DNA of 64,000 nucleotides from Bacilli bacterium (GCA_050949315.1 JBMNFL010000001.1:642043-706042); one strand, 5' to 3'. Shown: positions 36,604 through 46,880, counted from the stretch's first letter. The notes: generated by a model not told the origin, from the letters alone. Program-made: numbers and translations.

Positions 36604-37653
36604 TTAATCTAGTTTTTTAAAGATTGCTTTATTGCGACCTTCATTTTTAGCTTGGTAAAGGCAGTTGTCGGCTTCCAAGGCCAAACTATCTAAAGAAAAC
36701 ATTTTATTGCGTTCAACCTCAATCGCTCCCACGCAAATTGTTTGTTTTATGTCAACTCCACCCTTGGTAACGAAAACATTTTCGGAAAACGCTAAACAAA
36801 CTTTCTCTGCAAGGTCTTTAGTTTTATCACCTTCCGTTACAAAAACCGCAAATTCTTCACCACCCCAACGACAAACTAAACAATCAGACAAATTCTTGCG
36901 AATCAGTTCCATTGAGCGACAAAGAATTTCGTCTCCAACGAAGTGACCATGAATATCATTGACATTTTTAAACAAATCTAAATCCAAAATCATAAAACCA
37001 AAGCTATTAGCCGTACTCTTTAAAATCGCATCATAAACTTGCTCTGAAAAACCCGAACGATTAAAGGCCCCTGTCATTTGATCATGAGTGGCTAGTCTAT
37101 AATAAGCTCTTTGAGTGTAAATAAAAGCCCCTCCGATAATAATTCCGACTACAATATAACAAAAATAAAGTATAGGATAACGCATTAAAAAGGTGCTACC
37201 GTAATCATATTGAAGAAGATTTTGCCCTGCTGGAATCCAACAAAGGAAAATGATAATAACAAACATAATGCCATTTATTATAAAACCACTCCGTAAACCA
37301 AAAAACAAAAAGCCACAGGCAGGTAGTAAAGGAATCCATAAAGTTACAAAACCATTTAGTGTCCCACTAACGAATAAAACGGTTAAAAAAAGAATGGTTT
37401 CAACTTTTAAAAGAAAGGCCATAATTTTTTGCCATATTGGACCAAAGTAAGAGAAAAACAGTTTAAACACGCAAAGAACAGCAAAAATCAAGGAATAATT
37501 AAGAGGTTTGTCAGTACCGGCAACGATATTGTCAATTCCTATTATAGACCCTAGAATACCAAAAGAAATGTAAAGACCACGATGTAAAAACAAGTCTCTT
37601 CTTTCAGAATCCAAAATTATTTTCTTAAACTTGTCCAAAATTTTATTAAACAC
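36604..37653 (-). CDS. Diguanylate cyclase (GGDEF; active-site GGEEF) with N-terminal multi-TM sensor domain
   Basis: RWGGEEFAVF and DLDLFKNVNDIHGH motifs. Confidence 0.8.
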   Translation of the reverse strand: MFNKILDKFKKIILDSERRDLFLHRGLYISFGILGSIIGIDNIVAGTDKPLNYSLIFAVLCVFKLFFSYFGPIWQKIMAFLLKVETILFLTVLFVSGTLNGFVTLWIPLLPACGFLFFGLRSGFIINGIMFVIIIFLCWIPAGQNLLQYDYGSTFLMRYPILYFCYIVVGIIIGGAFIYTQRAYYRLATHDQMTGAFNRSGFSEQVYDAILKSTANSFGFMILDLDLFKNVNDIHGHFVGDEILCRSMELIRKNLSDCLVCRWGGEEFAVFVTEGDKTKDLAEKVCLAFSENVFVTKGGVDIKQTICVGAIEVERNKMFSLDSLALEADNCLYQAKNEGRNKAIFKKLD

Positions 37654-37774
37654 TTTAGCCCTTCTCTCCGCGAATGATTTCTGTGTTAACTCTATTTATT
37701 ATCAGGGTACTCCCTTTTTTAATGTATTTCAATTAAAAAAGACTTTCTTTACATTTTAACTAGCGAAAAACCTC

Positions 37775-38446
37775 TTATCTCAACGTACGTAAATAAGCCT
37801 TTTGCTCGGGACTAATTCTGTAACTTTCTATGGCTTTTTGGATACTTTTTTGATGTACCCAGACATTTAATTTCCCTGTTTGGAAATAACTTATCGTCTT
37901 AGACCATTGTTTAGCAAGAGCGGTTGCAAAAAACCATGACTGCATCATTTTAACATAATACTCGTCATTAGTAATTTCGGCCACCCAAGTCAAATATTTA
38001 TCATCAAATTCTTCATCTAAATAAAAATTCATTAAAAACTTGATGCCTAAACGACAAGTATAAGTGTTCTTACTCTTTAAGAAAGAAGGTATTTCTTGTA
38101 AAAGTCTATCAGAATGTTTTTTAAAGGTCTTGGGTGTTAAATTATCACAAACCGCCCAATTATTAATGAAAGGTAAAAAAGTTTTTAAAACTTCTAAACA
38201 TTCATTATAATCTTTAATGTCATTAATAATTAAGGCATGAAGAAGGTTTTCCTCGTGGTACTTATGCGGTAAATTGCACAAGAGTCTTTGTTTATCTTGA
38301 TCATTTAAGGTATTTTTAATGGTCTTTCGTAATAAAGGTAGGCGTACTCCAATAATACTTTCCGAAGAAATTGTTGGAATCAATTTAGAAATAAATTTGG
38401 CATAACTTGACTCAGCTAAGCTTTTTAAATGTTCTAAAACTTTCAT
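37775..38446 (-). CDS. DNA alkylation repair enzyme (AlkC/AlkD HEAT-like repeat family)
   Basis: NNWAVCDN signature and helical-repeat composition. 223 aa. Confidence 0.6.
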   Translation of the reverse strand: MKVLEHLKSLAESSYAKFISKLIPTISSESIIGVRLPLLRKTIKNTLNDQDKQRLLCNLPHKYHEENLLHALIINDIKDYNECLEVLKTFLPFINNWAVCDNLTPKTFKKHSDRLLQEIPSFLKSKNTYTCRLGIKFLMNFYLDEEFDDKYLTWVAEITNDEYYVKMMQSWFFATALAKQWSKTISYFQTGKLNVWVHQKSIQKAIESYRISPEQKAYLRTLR

Positions 38447-38457
38447 TTTTTTCCTTC

Positions 38458-39231
38458 TTAACCTAAAGTAACATCTAACACCATCATCAAAACAAAACCC
38501 AAAGCAAAAGCTACCGTAGGGATATTAGAGTGCGTTTCTGTTTGCGAATCAGGAATTAATTCTTCAACAACTACATACATCATCGCTCCCGCAGCAAAGG
38601 CTAAAACATAAGGCAAAATCGGTTCAACAATACTTACTAACAACATTGTCAAAACCGCGGCAATCGGTTCAACTACACCAGAAAGGAAGCCTAGAAAAAA
38701 AGATTTCTTTTTACTATGGCCTTCCTGATAAAAGGGTAAGGAAATAATCGCTCCCTCAGGGAAGTTTTGAAGGGCGATACCAATGGATAAAGCTAAAGCG
38801 GCGTTCATTGATATAATTTCTTGACCGCTGATAACTCCCGCAAGCACAATACCCACCGCCATACCTTCAGGGATGTTGTGTAAAGTTACCGCAAACATCA
38901 TCTTGACAGTACGATTAAATTTCGCTGGTCTTCCCTCCATAATGCCCGAACTGTGTAGATGAGGAACTAGCGTATCTAAAAGCAAAAGAAAGCCTACACC
39001 TATTAAAAAACCCACGGCTGCTGGTAGGGCGGTCCAAACTCCCAAAGACTCTGACATCTCTATGGCTGGATTAATCAAAGACCAAATTGAGGCCGCCACC
39101 ATAACCCCAGCCGCAAAACCCAACATAGCCTTTTTAATCTTTTTATTTAATTGTCCTTTTAATAGTAAAACTAAGGCTGCTCCTAAGGTTGTTCCAATTA
39201 AGGGAATCAAAAACCCTAGTAAAATCTTCAT
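38458..39231 (-). CDS. zupT: ZIP family zinc transporter
   Basis: HNIPEGMAVG, FPEGAI motifs. 257 aa, 8 TM. Confidence 0.8.
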   Translation of the reverse strand: MKILLGFLIPLIGTTLGAALVLLLKGQLNKKIKKAMLGFAAGVMVAASIWSLINPAIEMSESLGVWTALPAAVGFLIGVGFLLLLDTLVPHLHSSGIMEGRPAKFNRTVKMMFAVTLHNIPEGMAVGIVLAGVISGQEIISMNAALALSIGIALQNFPEGAIISLPFYQEGHSKKKSFFLGFLSGVVEPIAAVLTMLLVSIVEPILPYVLAFAAGAMMYVVVEELIPDSQTETHSNIPTVAFALGFVLMMVLDVTLG

Positions 39232-39337
39232 TTATATCACCAAAACTTTCTACTCTTATCAAAAAACTTCTTGATATTTCCAAGTCTAGAAGAAAAGGAA
39301 TCAAAAAGCAAGTTAACTGTCTTGTCTGCTTTTTATA

Positions 39338-40558
39338 TTAAACCAATTTATTATTTTTTATTGATAAAACGTAAAACATAATTGATAACAACTGCGCAAC
39401 TATACAAAGCCAAATTAAAAAGGTTAATGAGAACTCATAGAGTAATCCCAAAACCAAACTTCCCAAAAACCAACAAAGACCAAAAACGCCTTCAAATAAA
39501 CCAAAACCTAGAGAACGCTTATTTTTACCAATAAGTTTGGCGACAGCAGATTTAAGAATTGATTCTTGACTGCCAATACCAATGCCCCAAAAAGCCACGC
39601 CAATAAAAACCATTAATTTATTGGTGGCAACAAAAATGAACAAAGGGAACATAAAGGAACATAAAGTAGATAAAATTAAACTTTTAAAAGCAATCTTATC
39701 AAATAGCATACCAAAAAGCAGAGCTGCAAAGGCGTCAACTAACATGGCTAAAGAATAAAGCATGGGCAAATTTTGAACCTCAAAAAGATTTAAACTCCCA
39801 ACGTGATAGGCAATTAATGGAAAATCAACAAAACTAAAAGCACATAAACCGATAGCTATTAAATAATAAATAAAGGCTCGACTTTTTAACACACTTTTAT
39901 TTTCGATATTATCTGCTACCACTTCTTCTCTTTCTAAACTATCAGGTTTAGGATATTTGGCTCGCGCAATAAATAAAATTATTAAAGTGATAAGTGCTGG
40001 AATAGCCAAAACCAAAAAGCAAGTTTTATAGGATTCAAAAATATCTGTTGTGTCTTTTAAATACAAGACAAGGGTCAGAATTAGTGGTCCTATGAAGGCC
40101 CCTATTTGATCTAAAAACTCAACAAAAGCGAAACTCTTTCCCTCTCCTAAATTCTTACTTGAAAAAGAAACAAGAGTGTTCTTTGCTGGTTTACGAATAG
40201 CCTTTCCTATTCGCTCAACAAGAATTAGTGAACAAGCATAAATCCAACCATTGGGCCCAGTGAGGGCTAGAGCTGGAATGGCAAGTAAATTAATCATATA
40301 GCCAATAATGGTCATCGTCCAATATTTTTTAGTTTTATTAGCAATTATTCCTGTTATTAGAATAAGCGAACAACCAATAAATTCTCCTAAACCCGATATT
40401 ATAGATATAATTTTTGGCGTGGCTCCTACTATACCCAAAAAGGAACCGTAAATACTTTTGGCCCCTTCATGAGTCATATCGCTCATCATAGAGACAAGAC
40501 CCATCAAGACAATGAAAATTATCGAACTAGCTATTATTTTATTATCCTTTGTCTTCAT
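39338..40558 (-). CDS. MFS transporter
   Basis: 12-TM hydrophobic profile. 406 aa. Confidence 0.6.
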   Translation of the reverse strand: MKTKDNKIIASSIIFIVLMGLVSMMSDMTHEGAKSIYGSFLGIVGATPKIISIISGLGEFIGCSLILITGIIANKTKKYWTMTIIGYMINLLAIPALALTGPNGWIYACSLILVERIGKAIRKPAKNTLVSFSSKNLGEGKSFAFVEFLDQIGAFIGPLILTLVLYLKDTTDIFESYKTCFLVLAIPALITLIILFIARAKYPKPDSLEREEVVADNIENKSVLKSRAFIYYLIAIGLCAFSFVDFPLIAYHVGSLNLFEVQNLPMLYSLAMLVDAFAALLFGMLFDKIAFKSLILSTLCSFMFPLFIFVATNKLMVFIGVAFWGIGIGSQESILKSAVAKLIGKNKRSLGFGLFEGVFGLCWFLGSLVLGLLYEFSLTFLIWLCIVAQLLSIMFYVLSIKNNKLV

Positions 40559-40642
40559 TTATTGTCGCCTACCGTTCTTGCTTTTACAAATTTTAAATCG
40601 GTTCTATCTCTTCTATCCTTTTCATCAGAGTAAAGAACTCTG

Positions 40643-42400
40643 TTATTCTTCTACTTCAACACTGATAAATTTAAATTTGCTTACATCAAATAAACCCATA
40701 TCTGTTAATTTAATCTCGGGTATTACTGGCAAAGACATAAAAGTGAGTACCATTACAGGTTCAAGGCTTCTATTGACTTTTAATTCATTGTGGGCAGCTT
40801 CGTGTATTCTATTTAAGGTTTCAGTTACCCATTTTCCAGATCGTGAACTCATAATTCCGCCTATCTCCATGGGCATAGACTCAACTACCTGGGAATCCTT
40901 TACAAGAATTATGCCCCCTTCTTGTTCTACTAATTTTTCCACGGCAAAAGCCATATCATCATCATTAACGCCCACAACTATTATATTGTGTGAATCATGG
41001 GCAATAGATACCGCTATTGCACCCTCTTTAATCCCGTATCCTCTAAGCAAGGCCACCGCAACATTCCCCGTATTATGATGTCTTTCCACTACGGCTACTT
41101 TTACTATATCTTCATTGGGATTGTAGACAAAATCGCCATCAAAAGAAAGTTTCACCTCCGCTTGACCTTTAGCGGTTGCTACTCCGCCTGGCAAAATATC
41201 TATTACATTTACCTTGTTTGATTTTAAAGTTAGTTTTAATTTAGCCTTGGAAAAATCTTTAATCATTATTCTTCCTCTTACTTTTTCTATGGAATGTCTT
41301 TTGATGGGGAGCAAATACTTGCCATCTTTGGCAACTTCCTTCCCTTCAATAAAGACTCTCTTAGCCTTGAAATTTTTTAAATCCTCTAATAAAACTATAT
41401 CCGCCCGACGTCCTGGTGTTATGGCACCTCTATCATAAAGCCTGTAACACTCTGCCGCATTTAAACTGGCCATTTGAATGGCGGTAATAGGATTTACCCC
41501 TTTTCTAACACAAATTCTTAAATGATCATCCAAATGTCCTTTTTCAAAAATTGTCTTGGGTTGTCTGTCATCGGAACACAATAAGCATCTTCTAGAATTT
41601 TCTGCTGTCATACCTTCCAAAAGATTTTCTAAATCATGACAAACCGAACCTTGTCTTAATTGTACATACATCCCTCGTCTTATTCTGTCGTGCATTTCTT
41701 CAACTTTTGAACATTCATGATCGGTCATAATTTTCGCTGATGCATAGGCGTTAAGTAAATTTCCCGATAAACCTGGACTATGACCATCAATTATTTTATT
41801 GTTTTTGTAGGCGACCAATAACTTGTCAAGTACATCATCACTTGCATTTGACACACCAACAAAATTCATAAATTCACCTAAGCCTGGTATTTTCTCGTTT
41901 TTTATAGGTTCTTCCATAGCCGCCGCATCAATTATGGCTCCCGCATTCTCAAAAGGTGTGGCCGGGACACATGAGGGTAGCATCATCTTGACATCTAAGG
42001 CTACGGCTTCAGAAGCAGCGAGCATATAATCTAGCCCATCAATCCCACAAACATTCACAATCTCGTGAGGGTCAGCGATTATAGTGGTGGTACCAAAAGG
42101 AACTACTAAACGTCCTAATTCTTCAGGACTAACATAAGACGACTCAATATGAATATGAGCATCAATAAAACCGGGTGCTGCATAAAGACCTCTGGCATCA
42201 ATAACCTCTTTGGCTTCATATTCGCCTACCCCAGCGATTTTTCCATTTACAATCGCTATATCGCCGTCATAAATCTCTGAATTATAAACATCGACAACTT
42301 TACAGTTTTTAATTAACAAATCTGCTTTTTTTCTACCTGCCGCCACGTCTATCAATTCTTTTAATCCTTTTTTATCAAGTCTTCTCATTTTTTTCACCAT
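40643..42400 (-). CDS. ade: Adenine deaminase
   Basis: GFIDAHIHIESS, amidohydrolase fold. 585 aa. Confidence 0.85.
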   Translation of the reverse strand: MVKKMRRLDKKGLKELIDVAAGRKKADLLIKNCKVVDVYNSEIYDGDIAIVNGKIAGVGEYEAKEVIDARGLYAAPGFIDAHIHIESSYVSPEELGRLVVPFGTTTIIADPHEIVNVCGIDGLDYMLAASEAVALDVKMMLPSCVPATPFENAGAIIDAAAMEEPIKNEKIPGLGEFMNFVGVSNASDDVLDKLLVAYKNNKIIDGHSPGLSGNLLNAYASAKIMTDHECSKVEEMHDRIRRGMYVQLRQGSVCHDLENLLEGMTAENSRRCLLCSDDRQPKTIFEKGHLDDHLRICVRKGVNPITAIQMASLNAAECYRLYDRGAITPGRRADIVLLEDLKNFKAKRVFIEGKEVAKDGKYLLPIKRHSIEKVRGRIMIKDFSKAKLKLTLKSNKVNVIDILPGGVATAKGQAEVKLSFDGDFVYNPNEDIVKVAVVERHHNTGNVAVALLRGYGIKEGAIAVSIAHDSHNIIVVGVNDDDMAFAVEKLVEQEGGIILVKDSQVVESMPMEIGGIMSSRSGKWVTETLNRIHEAAHNELKVNRSLEPVMVLTFMSLPVIPEIKLTDMGLFDVSKFKFISVEVEE

Positions 42401-42475
42401 CCCTTTTGCTTATATATTTAATATACAACTTACATGTCAATTAGTGCATAATATTTTGCGACTATTAATTTGATT

Positions 42476-43843
42476 TTATCCATCCCTTATATGATTTTTG
42501 TTTAATTTGGATAATAAAACTACTGTCTCTATATGATAAGTTTGGGGAAACATATCAACGCATTCAATCTTTTTTAGTTCATAGCTCTGTTTCAAAGTCT
42601 TTAAATCTCTAGCTAGAGAAGCCGGATCACAAGAAACATAAATCAGTTTTGGTGGCAACAACTTCAAAATAGAGGTGATGAATTCTTGACTACAACCATC
42701 ACGAGGAGGGTCTAAAAAAATAACATCGTATTTGCTTTTCTTTTTAACGGCTTTAAGAATAAATTCAGTAGCGTCCTCATTAAAAAATTCGGCGTTGGTA
42801 ATATTATTGCTTTTTGCGTTTTCTTTGGCATCATCTACCGCGCTTTTAACTAATTCCACTCCGATAACTTTTTTAACTCTACTCGCAGCAATTAAACCAA
42901 TTGTTCCTACGCCACAGTAGGCATCTAAGATTGTTTCATAACCTTTTAGTTCGGCAAACTCTACCGCTTTTCTATATAAAACTTCGGTCTGAATAGGATT
43001 GACTTGATAAAAAGAGTGGGCTGATATTTTAAATTTTAAACCACAAATCTTATCAACAATAAATCCTGGCCCATACAAAATTTTTTCTCTCCTACCTAAA
43101 ACTACACTACTGCGGGAGGGGTTGATATTTTGAACAACCGTCTTAACCTTAGGATTTCGTTCCACCAGTTCGGTTGTCAGGGCGTTTTTTCTTGGAAAGA
43201 TTTCGTTTCGCGTCACAAAAACAACCATTAGATCTTGATTGGCAAAGGACTTGCGAACAACTGCATAACGAAGAAAACCGCGTTTTTCATGAATTTCACA
43301 GGGTTCAATTTTATACTTTTGAACTAACTCTTTAATTAATAAAATAAGTTCATCAGCATCCCGATCTTCAATAAAACATTCCTGCATATCAATTATCTGA
43401 TGACTGCGCTTTTTAAAAAAGCCGGCTATAATTTTGCCATCATAAGTTTGACCAATAGGAACTTGAACCTTGTTACGATACCTTAAAGGCTCCTTCATTT
43501 CCCAAATCTTAGGGACTTCAATTTCTATACCCGCAATTCTTTTTATAACATCTTGAACACGGTTTTGTTTAAAACGCAGCTGTTCCTCATAAACCATATG
43601 TTGTAAATGACAGCCACCGCAATATTTATAATTATCACACAAGGGGCGACAGCGATTTTTAGAAACACTTAAAAGTTTAATTAGACGACCCAAATTATAA
43701 CCTTTCTCTCTTTTAGTTATTAAAACTTCGGCTTCTTCACCAACAATAACGTTCTCTACGAAAAGGGGGATGCCTTCAATTTTTAAGACTCCCTTTCCAT
43801 CATGCGTATAATCAATACAAGTACCAGTTACTCTGCGTTTCAT
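42476..43843 (-). CDS. rlmD: 23S rRNA (uracil-C5)-methyltransferase RlmD/RumA family (TRAM + Fe-S + SAM MTase)
   Basis: N-terminal TRAM domain, Cys cluster CRPLCDNYKYCGGCHLQH, C-terminal MTase. Confidence 0.8.
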   Translation of the reverse strand: MKRRVTGTCIDYTHDGKGVLKIEGIPLFVENVIVGEEAEVLITKREKGYNLGRLIKLLSVSKNRCRPLCDNYKYCGGCHLQHMVYEEQLRFKQNRVQDVIKRIAGIEIEVPKIWEMKEPLRYRNKVQVPIGQTYDGKIIAGFFKKRSHQIIDMQECFIEDRDADELILLIKELVQKYKIEPCEIHEKRGFLRYAVVRKSFANQDLMVVFVTRNEIFPRKNALTTELVERNPKVKTVVQNINPSRSSVVLGRREKILYGPGFIVDKICGLKFKISAHSFYQVNPIQTEVLYRKAVEFAELKGYETILDAYCGVGTIGLIAASRVKKVIGVELVKSAVDDAKENAKSNNITNAEFFNEDATEFILKAVKKKSKYDVIFLDPPRDGCSQEFITSILKLLPPKLIYVSCDPASLARDLKTLKQSYELKKIECVDMFPQTYHIETVVLLSKLNKNHIRDG

Positions 43844-43855
43844 TCGTTCTCCATT

Positions 43856-44368
43856 TTAAATTTCTATCCAATATCTCTGTATAATTTTGTTTTCTTCTTC
43901 TATCTCGTTTTCTAATACTCCGCCATTATATTGAATGATTTTGGCGGAGGCAATATTGCTTTTATCACAGGTAATCAAAACTTTTGTCATCCCAAAAGCA
44001 CGACACATTTTTAAGGTCATACCTAATTGCGCTTTGCCATAGCCGCGCCCGCGAAAAGAAGGACGTATCCCATAACCAATATGCCCTCCAAACTTTTCTA
44101 AGTTTTCATTAAGATAACGACGAATATTGACCGTCCCTAAAATATTACCATCTAATTCCACCAAAAATAAAGTCAGGCTTGGGACAATGCCTGGCGGACA
44201 ATTTTCCTTAGAACGACGATCAATGTCTTCTTGTTTCCATTCGTTATAATCCCTGCCATTTAAACGCAAAGCGAAGGGAACAAGTTTTTCATTCTCCCAT
44301 TCATTAATGTAATCATAGAATTTTTGGGGCTCAATAGCCTCAACGGGAACTAAATTTAATAATTCCAT
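43856..44368 (-). CDS. GNAT family N-acetyltransferase
   Basis: RGRGYGKAQL acetyl-CoA-binding motif. Confidence 0.65.
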   Translation of the reverse strand: MELLNLVPVEAIEPQKFYDYINEWENEKLVPFALRLNGRDYNEWKQEDIDRRSKENCPPGIVPSLTLFLVELDGNILGTVNIRRYLNENLEKFGGHIGYGIRPSFRGRGYGKAQLGMTLKMCRAFGMTKVLITCDKSNIASAKIIQYNGGVLENEIEEENKIIQRYWIEI

Positions 44369-44419
44369 TTCAATCCTGCTTTCTTCTTATAAAAAAGGGG
44401 TAGTTTTTACCCTTTTTAA

Positions 44420-44701
44420 TTAACGCTTCTTCTGAAATTTTCCGTCTTTCTTTTTAACTGAAACGTTAGCGTCTTGATTTTTGGCGAGGACCTTTAAATA
44501 GGCTTCAGCTTCAGCCTTGGTATCAAACAGCTTGATAGCCTTTTTCCCTTTAAATTGAATAATCTGCCATTTTCTGTCCTCTTTACGATAAGAAAGTAAA
44601 TAAGTTTTAGAGGTGGGACTGCTCTTCTCTTCCTTAACTTCCTGCTTTACTGCTGTTTTCTTCTTGACTTCGACTTTGGTTTCTTTCTTTTTTGTTGCCA
44701 C
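44420..44701 (-). CDS. Small lysine-rich hypothetical protein (93 aa)
   Basis: ORF only. Its 5' 68 nt overlap the 3' end of the upstream GNAT ORF in another frame. Confidence 0.35.
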   Translation of the reverse strand: MATKKKETKVEVKKKTAVKQEVKEEKSSPTSKTYLLSYRKEDRKWQIIQFKGKKAIKLFDTKAEAEAYLKVLAKNQDANVSVKKKDGKFQKKR

Positions 44702-45230
44702 CTTTTTTCTCTCCTTTTTTATTTTTAACTATCGGCTCAATTTTCTTCAATTCCTTTTGAAGAATATAGTCATCCATCTTATAACCACTACCAATATCTT
44801 CAACCATCTGACCTATTTCGACAAAACCCTGATGTAAATAGAAGTGAAGTGAATCATCATTTTGCTTATTAACCCTTAAGTAAACCGCTTGACAATTTTC
44901 AGATAATTCAAAGACCTTATTAAGCATTCTTCGACCAATTCCATTACGGCGATACTCCTTGCGAAGATAAAGTCTACTCAAATACATTTTAACTCCGTGT
45001 TTTTCAATCGCAAAGAAACCGATGACTTCTGTGTTGCTATAAACTAGGTAAAAAATTGCTCCCTGACGTTGTTGTTGTTTAATTGCTGAAGGCGTATGAA
45101 AAAGCTTGACCATGTATTCGCACTGCTCTTCGGCAAGAATTGGATAGTAGTGCTCTTTAAAGACTTCGATAGCCGTCTTTGAAAGCTCACGAATCGTATT
45201 GTTGTTTACGACTTTTTGAAAATAAATCAA
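44634..45230 (-). CDS. GNAT family N-acetyltransferase
   Basis: RRNGIGRRMLNKV motif. C-terminal Lys/Gly-rich tail overlaps 44420-44701. Confidence 0.6.
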   Translation of the reverse strand: MIYFQKVVNNNTIRELSKTAIEVFKEHYYPILAEEQCEYMVKLFHTPSAIKQQQRQGAIFYLVYSNTEVIGFFAIEKHGVKMYLSRLYLRKEYRRNGIGRRMLNKVFELSENCQAVYLRVNKQNDDSLHFYLHQGFVEIGQMVEDIGSGYKMDDYILQKELKKIEPIVKNKKGEKKGGNKKERNQSRSQEENSSKAGS

Positions 45231-45329
45231 GACTATCTACACCCCTTTATTAAATCTTAACATCTTTCTTGGCTTTTGTCTTAATTTTTTTGTGTTTTTT
45301 TTGTTTTTTTCCAAAGACTTTTACGCCCT

Positions 45330-45358
45330 TTGACTTTTTAACCTATCTTCGTTATAAT
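45330..45358 (+). promoter_or_regulatory. Promoter TTGACT -17- TATAAT
   Basis: Consensus-like boxes at 45330-45335 and 45353-45358. Confidence 0.55.
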
Positions 45359-45365
45359 TCATTGG

Positions 45366-45388
45366 GGAAATTATTCTAAATAATTTCC
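45366..45388 (+). promoter_or_regulatory. Perfect 23-bp palindrome GGAAATTATT-CTA-AATAATTTCC overlapping the predicted transcription start (candidate operator or 5' stem-loop)
   Basis: 10-bp perfect inverted repeat 8 nt after the -10 box. Confidence 0.5.
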
Positions 45389-45413
45389 GCTAAACTCATT
45401 AGGGGGTTAAGCG

Positions 45414-46832
45414 ATGGAACGAAATTATGATGTCATTATTGTAGGTGCAGGACCAATGGGAATGTTCACGGCCTACGAATTAGTTTTAAAGATGCCTGAT
45501 TTGAAAATTCTTTTAATTGATAAAGGCTTAGATATCTATCAACGTGGTTGCCCACTAATGAGCGGTAAAGTTGAACGTTGCCCAAAAGATAAAAACGATA
45601 ATTCTGGCTGCCAGCCCAGCTGCTCAATCACCACTGGCTTTGGGGGAGGTGGGGCTTATTCGGATGGTAAGTTCAATATAACCAGCGAATTCGGTGGTTG
45701 GTTAACTGATTATCTACCAGAAAGTGAAGTTTTAGAATTAATTAACTATGTGGATGCCATCAACCTCAAACATGGTGCCCCAACAAAGGTTACCCAACCC
45801 AATACTGAGAAAATCTATGAGATTGAGAAAAAAGGTATTGCAGTTGGTCTAAAATTGTTGCGCAGCAAGGTAAGACATCTAGGAACCGAGGTCAACCTTA
45901 AAGTATTAGAATCTATTTTTGAATTTTTAAAACAAAGGCTTGATTTTTCTTTTTGTAGTACTGTTACTGATGTTTTAGTAAATAACGGCGTTTGCTATGG
46001 TGTAAAACTCGAGGATGAAACCACAATTAATGCTAAATATGTTGTCCTTGGTGTTGGCCGCCCCGGCTCCGATTGGTTATGTAAGACTTTACGACGTTAT
46101 GGTGTGAAATTTAAAAACAACCGCGTTGATGTTGGCGTTCGCGTAGAAACCAACAACATCATCATGGATGAAATTAACCAAAACCTCTATGAGGGAAAGT
46201 TTATCTATCGAACTAGCGATGGTACACAGGTGAGAACCTTCTGTTCTAACCCCAGTGGTCATGTTGTTGTAGAAAACTATGATGGGGTAATGCTTTGTAA
46301 TGGCCACTCTTACAACAGTAAAAAGCTCGGTAGTGAAAATACCAACTTTGCTTTACTCGTCTCCTATGAATTTAACGATCCTTTCAAAGACCCCAACCAA
46401 TATGGCAAAGAAATTGGCCGTGTAGCCAATCGATTAGCTAATGGTTCGGTTATTGTTCAAAAATATGGCGACATTCTTCGCAGTCGCCGTTCAACCCAAA
46501 AAAGGATTGAGGAAGGTTATGTAAAACCAACCTTAAAAGAGGCAGTACCTGGGGACTTAACTTTGATTTTACCCTATAAAACCATGAAAGCTTTAATTGA
46601 AATGATAAATGCTTTAAATACCATCACTCCGGGAATCGCCAATGATCATACTCTTTTCTATGGAGTTGAAGCTAAATTTTACTCCGCTCGCGTAGCCGTA
46701 GATAAGAATTTCCAAACCGTCATTAAAAACCTTTATGTCGGTGGCGATGGCGCTGGTCTTACTAGGGGCCTTTCCCAAGCTGGCGCCAATGGCATAAAAG
46801 TTGCACGAGCCATTATCGCTGCTCAAAAATAA
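45414..46832 (+). CDS. FAD-dependent oxidoreductase (COG2509-type NAD(FAD)-utilizing dehydrogenase)
   Basis: YDVIIVGAGPMGMF dinucleotide-binding motif. RBS AGGGGGT. 472 aa. Confidence 0.65.
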   Translation: MERNYDVIIVGAGPMGMFTAYELVLKMPDLKILLIDKGLDIYQRGCPLMSGKVERCPKDKNDNSGCQPSCSITTGFGGGGAYSDGKFNITSEFGGWLTDYLPESEVLELINYVDAINLKHGAPTKVTQPNTEKIYEIEKKGIAVGLKLLRSKVRHLGTEVNLKVLESIFEFLKQRLDFSFCSTVTDVLVNNGVCYGVKLEDETTINAKYVVLGVGRPGSDWLCKTLRRYGVKFKNNRVDVGVRVETNNIIMDEINQNLYEGKFIYRTSDGTQVRTFCSNPSGHVVVENYDGVMLCNGHSYNSKKLGSENTNFALLVSYEFNDPFKDPNQYGKEIGRVANRLANGSVIVQKYGDILRSRRSTQKRIEEGYVKPTLKEAVPGDLTLILPYKTMKALIEMINALNTITPGIANDHTLFYGVEAKFYSARVAVDKNFQTVIKNLYVGGDGAGLTRGLSQAGANGIKVARAIIAAQK

Positions 46833-46847
46833 GTGTCTATTATAAAA

Positions 46848-46880
46848 AGATGTTCGCTAGAAGCGGACATCTATTTTTTT
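46848..46880. terminator. Bidirectional terminator between FAD-oxidoreductase (+) and M6 protease (-)
   Basis: agatgttcgc-tagaa-gcggacatct + TTTTTTT, A-run upstream. Confidence 0.65.
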
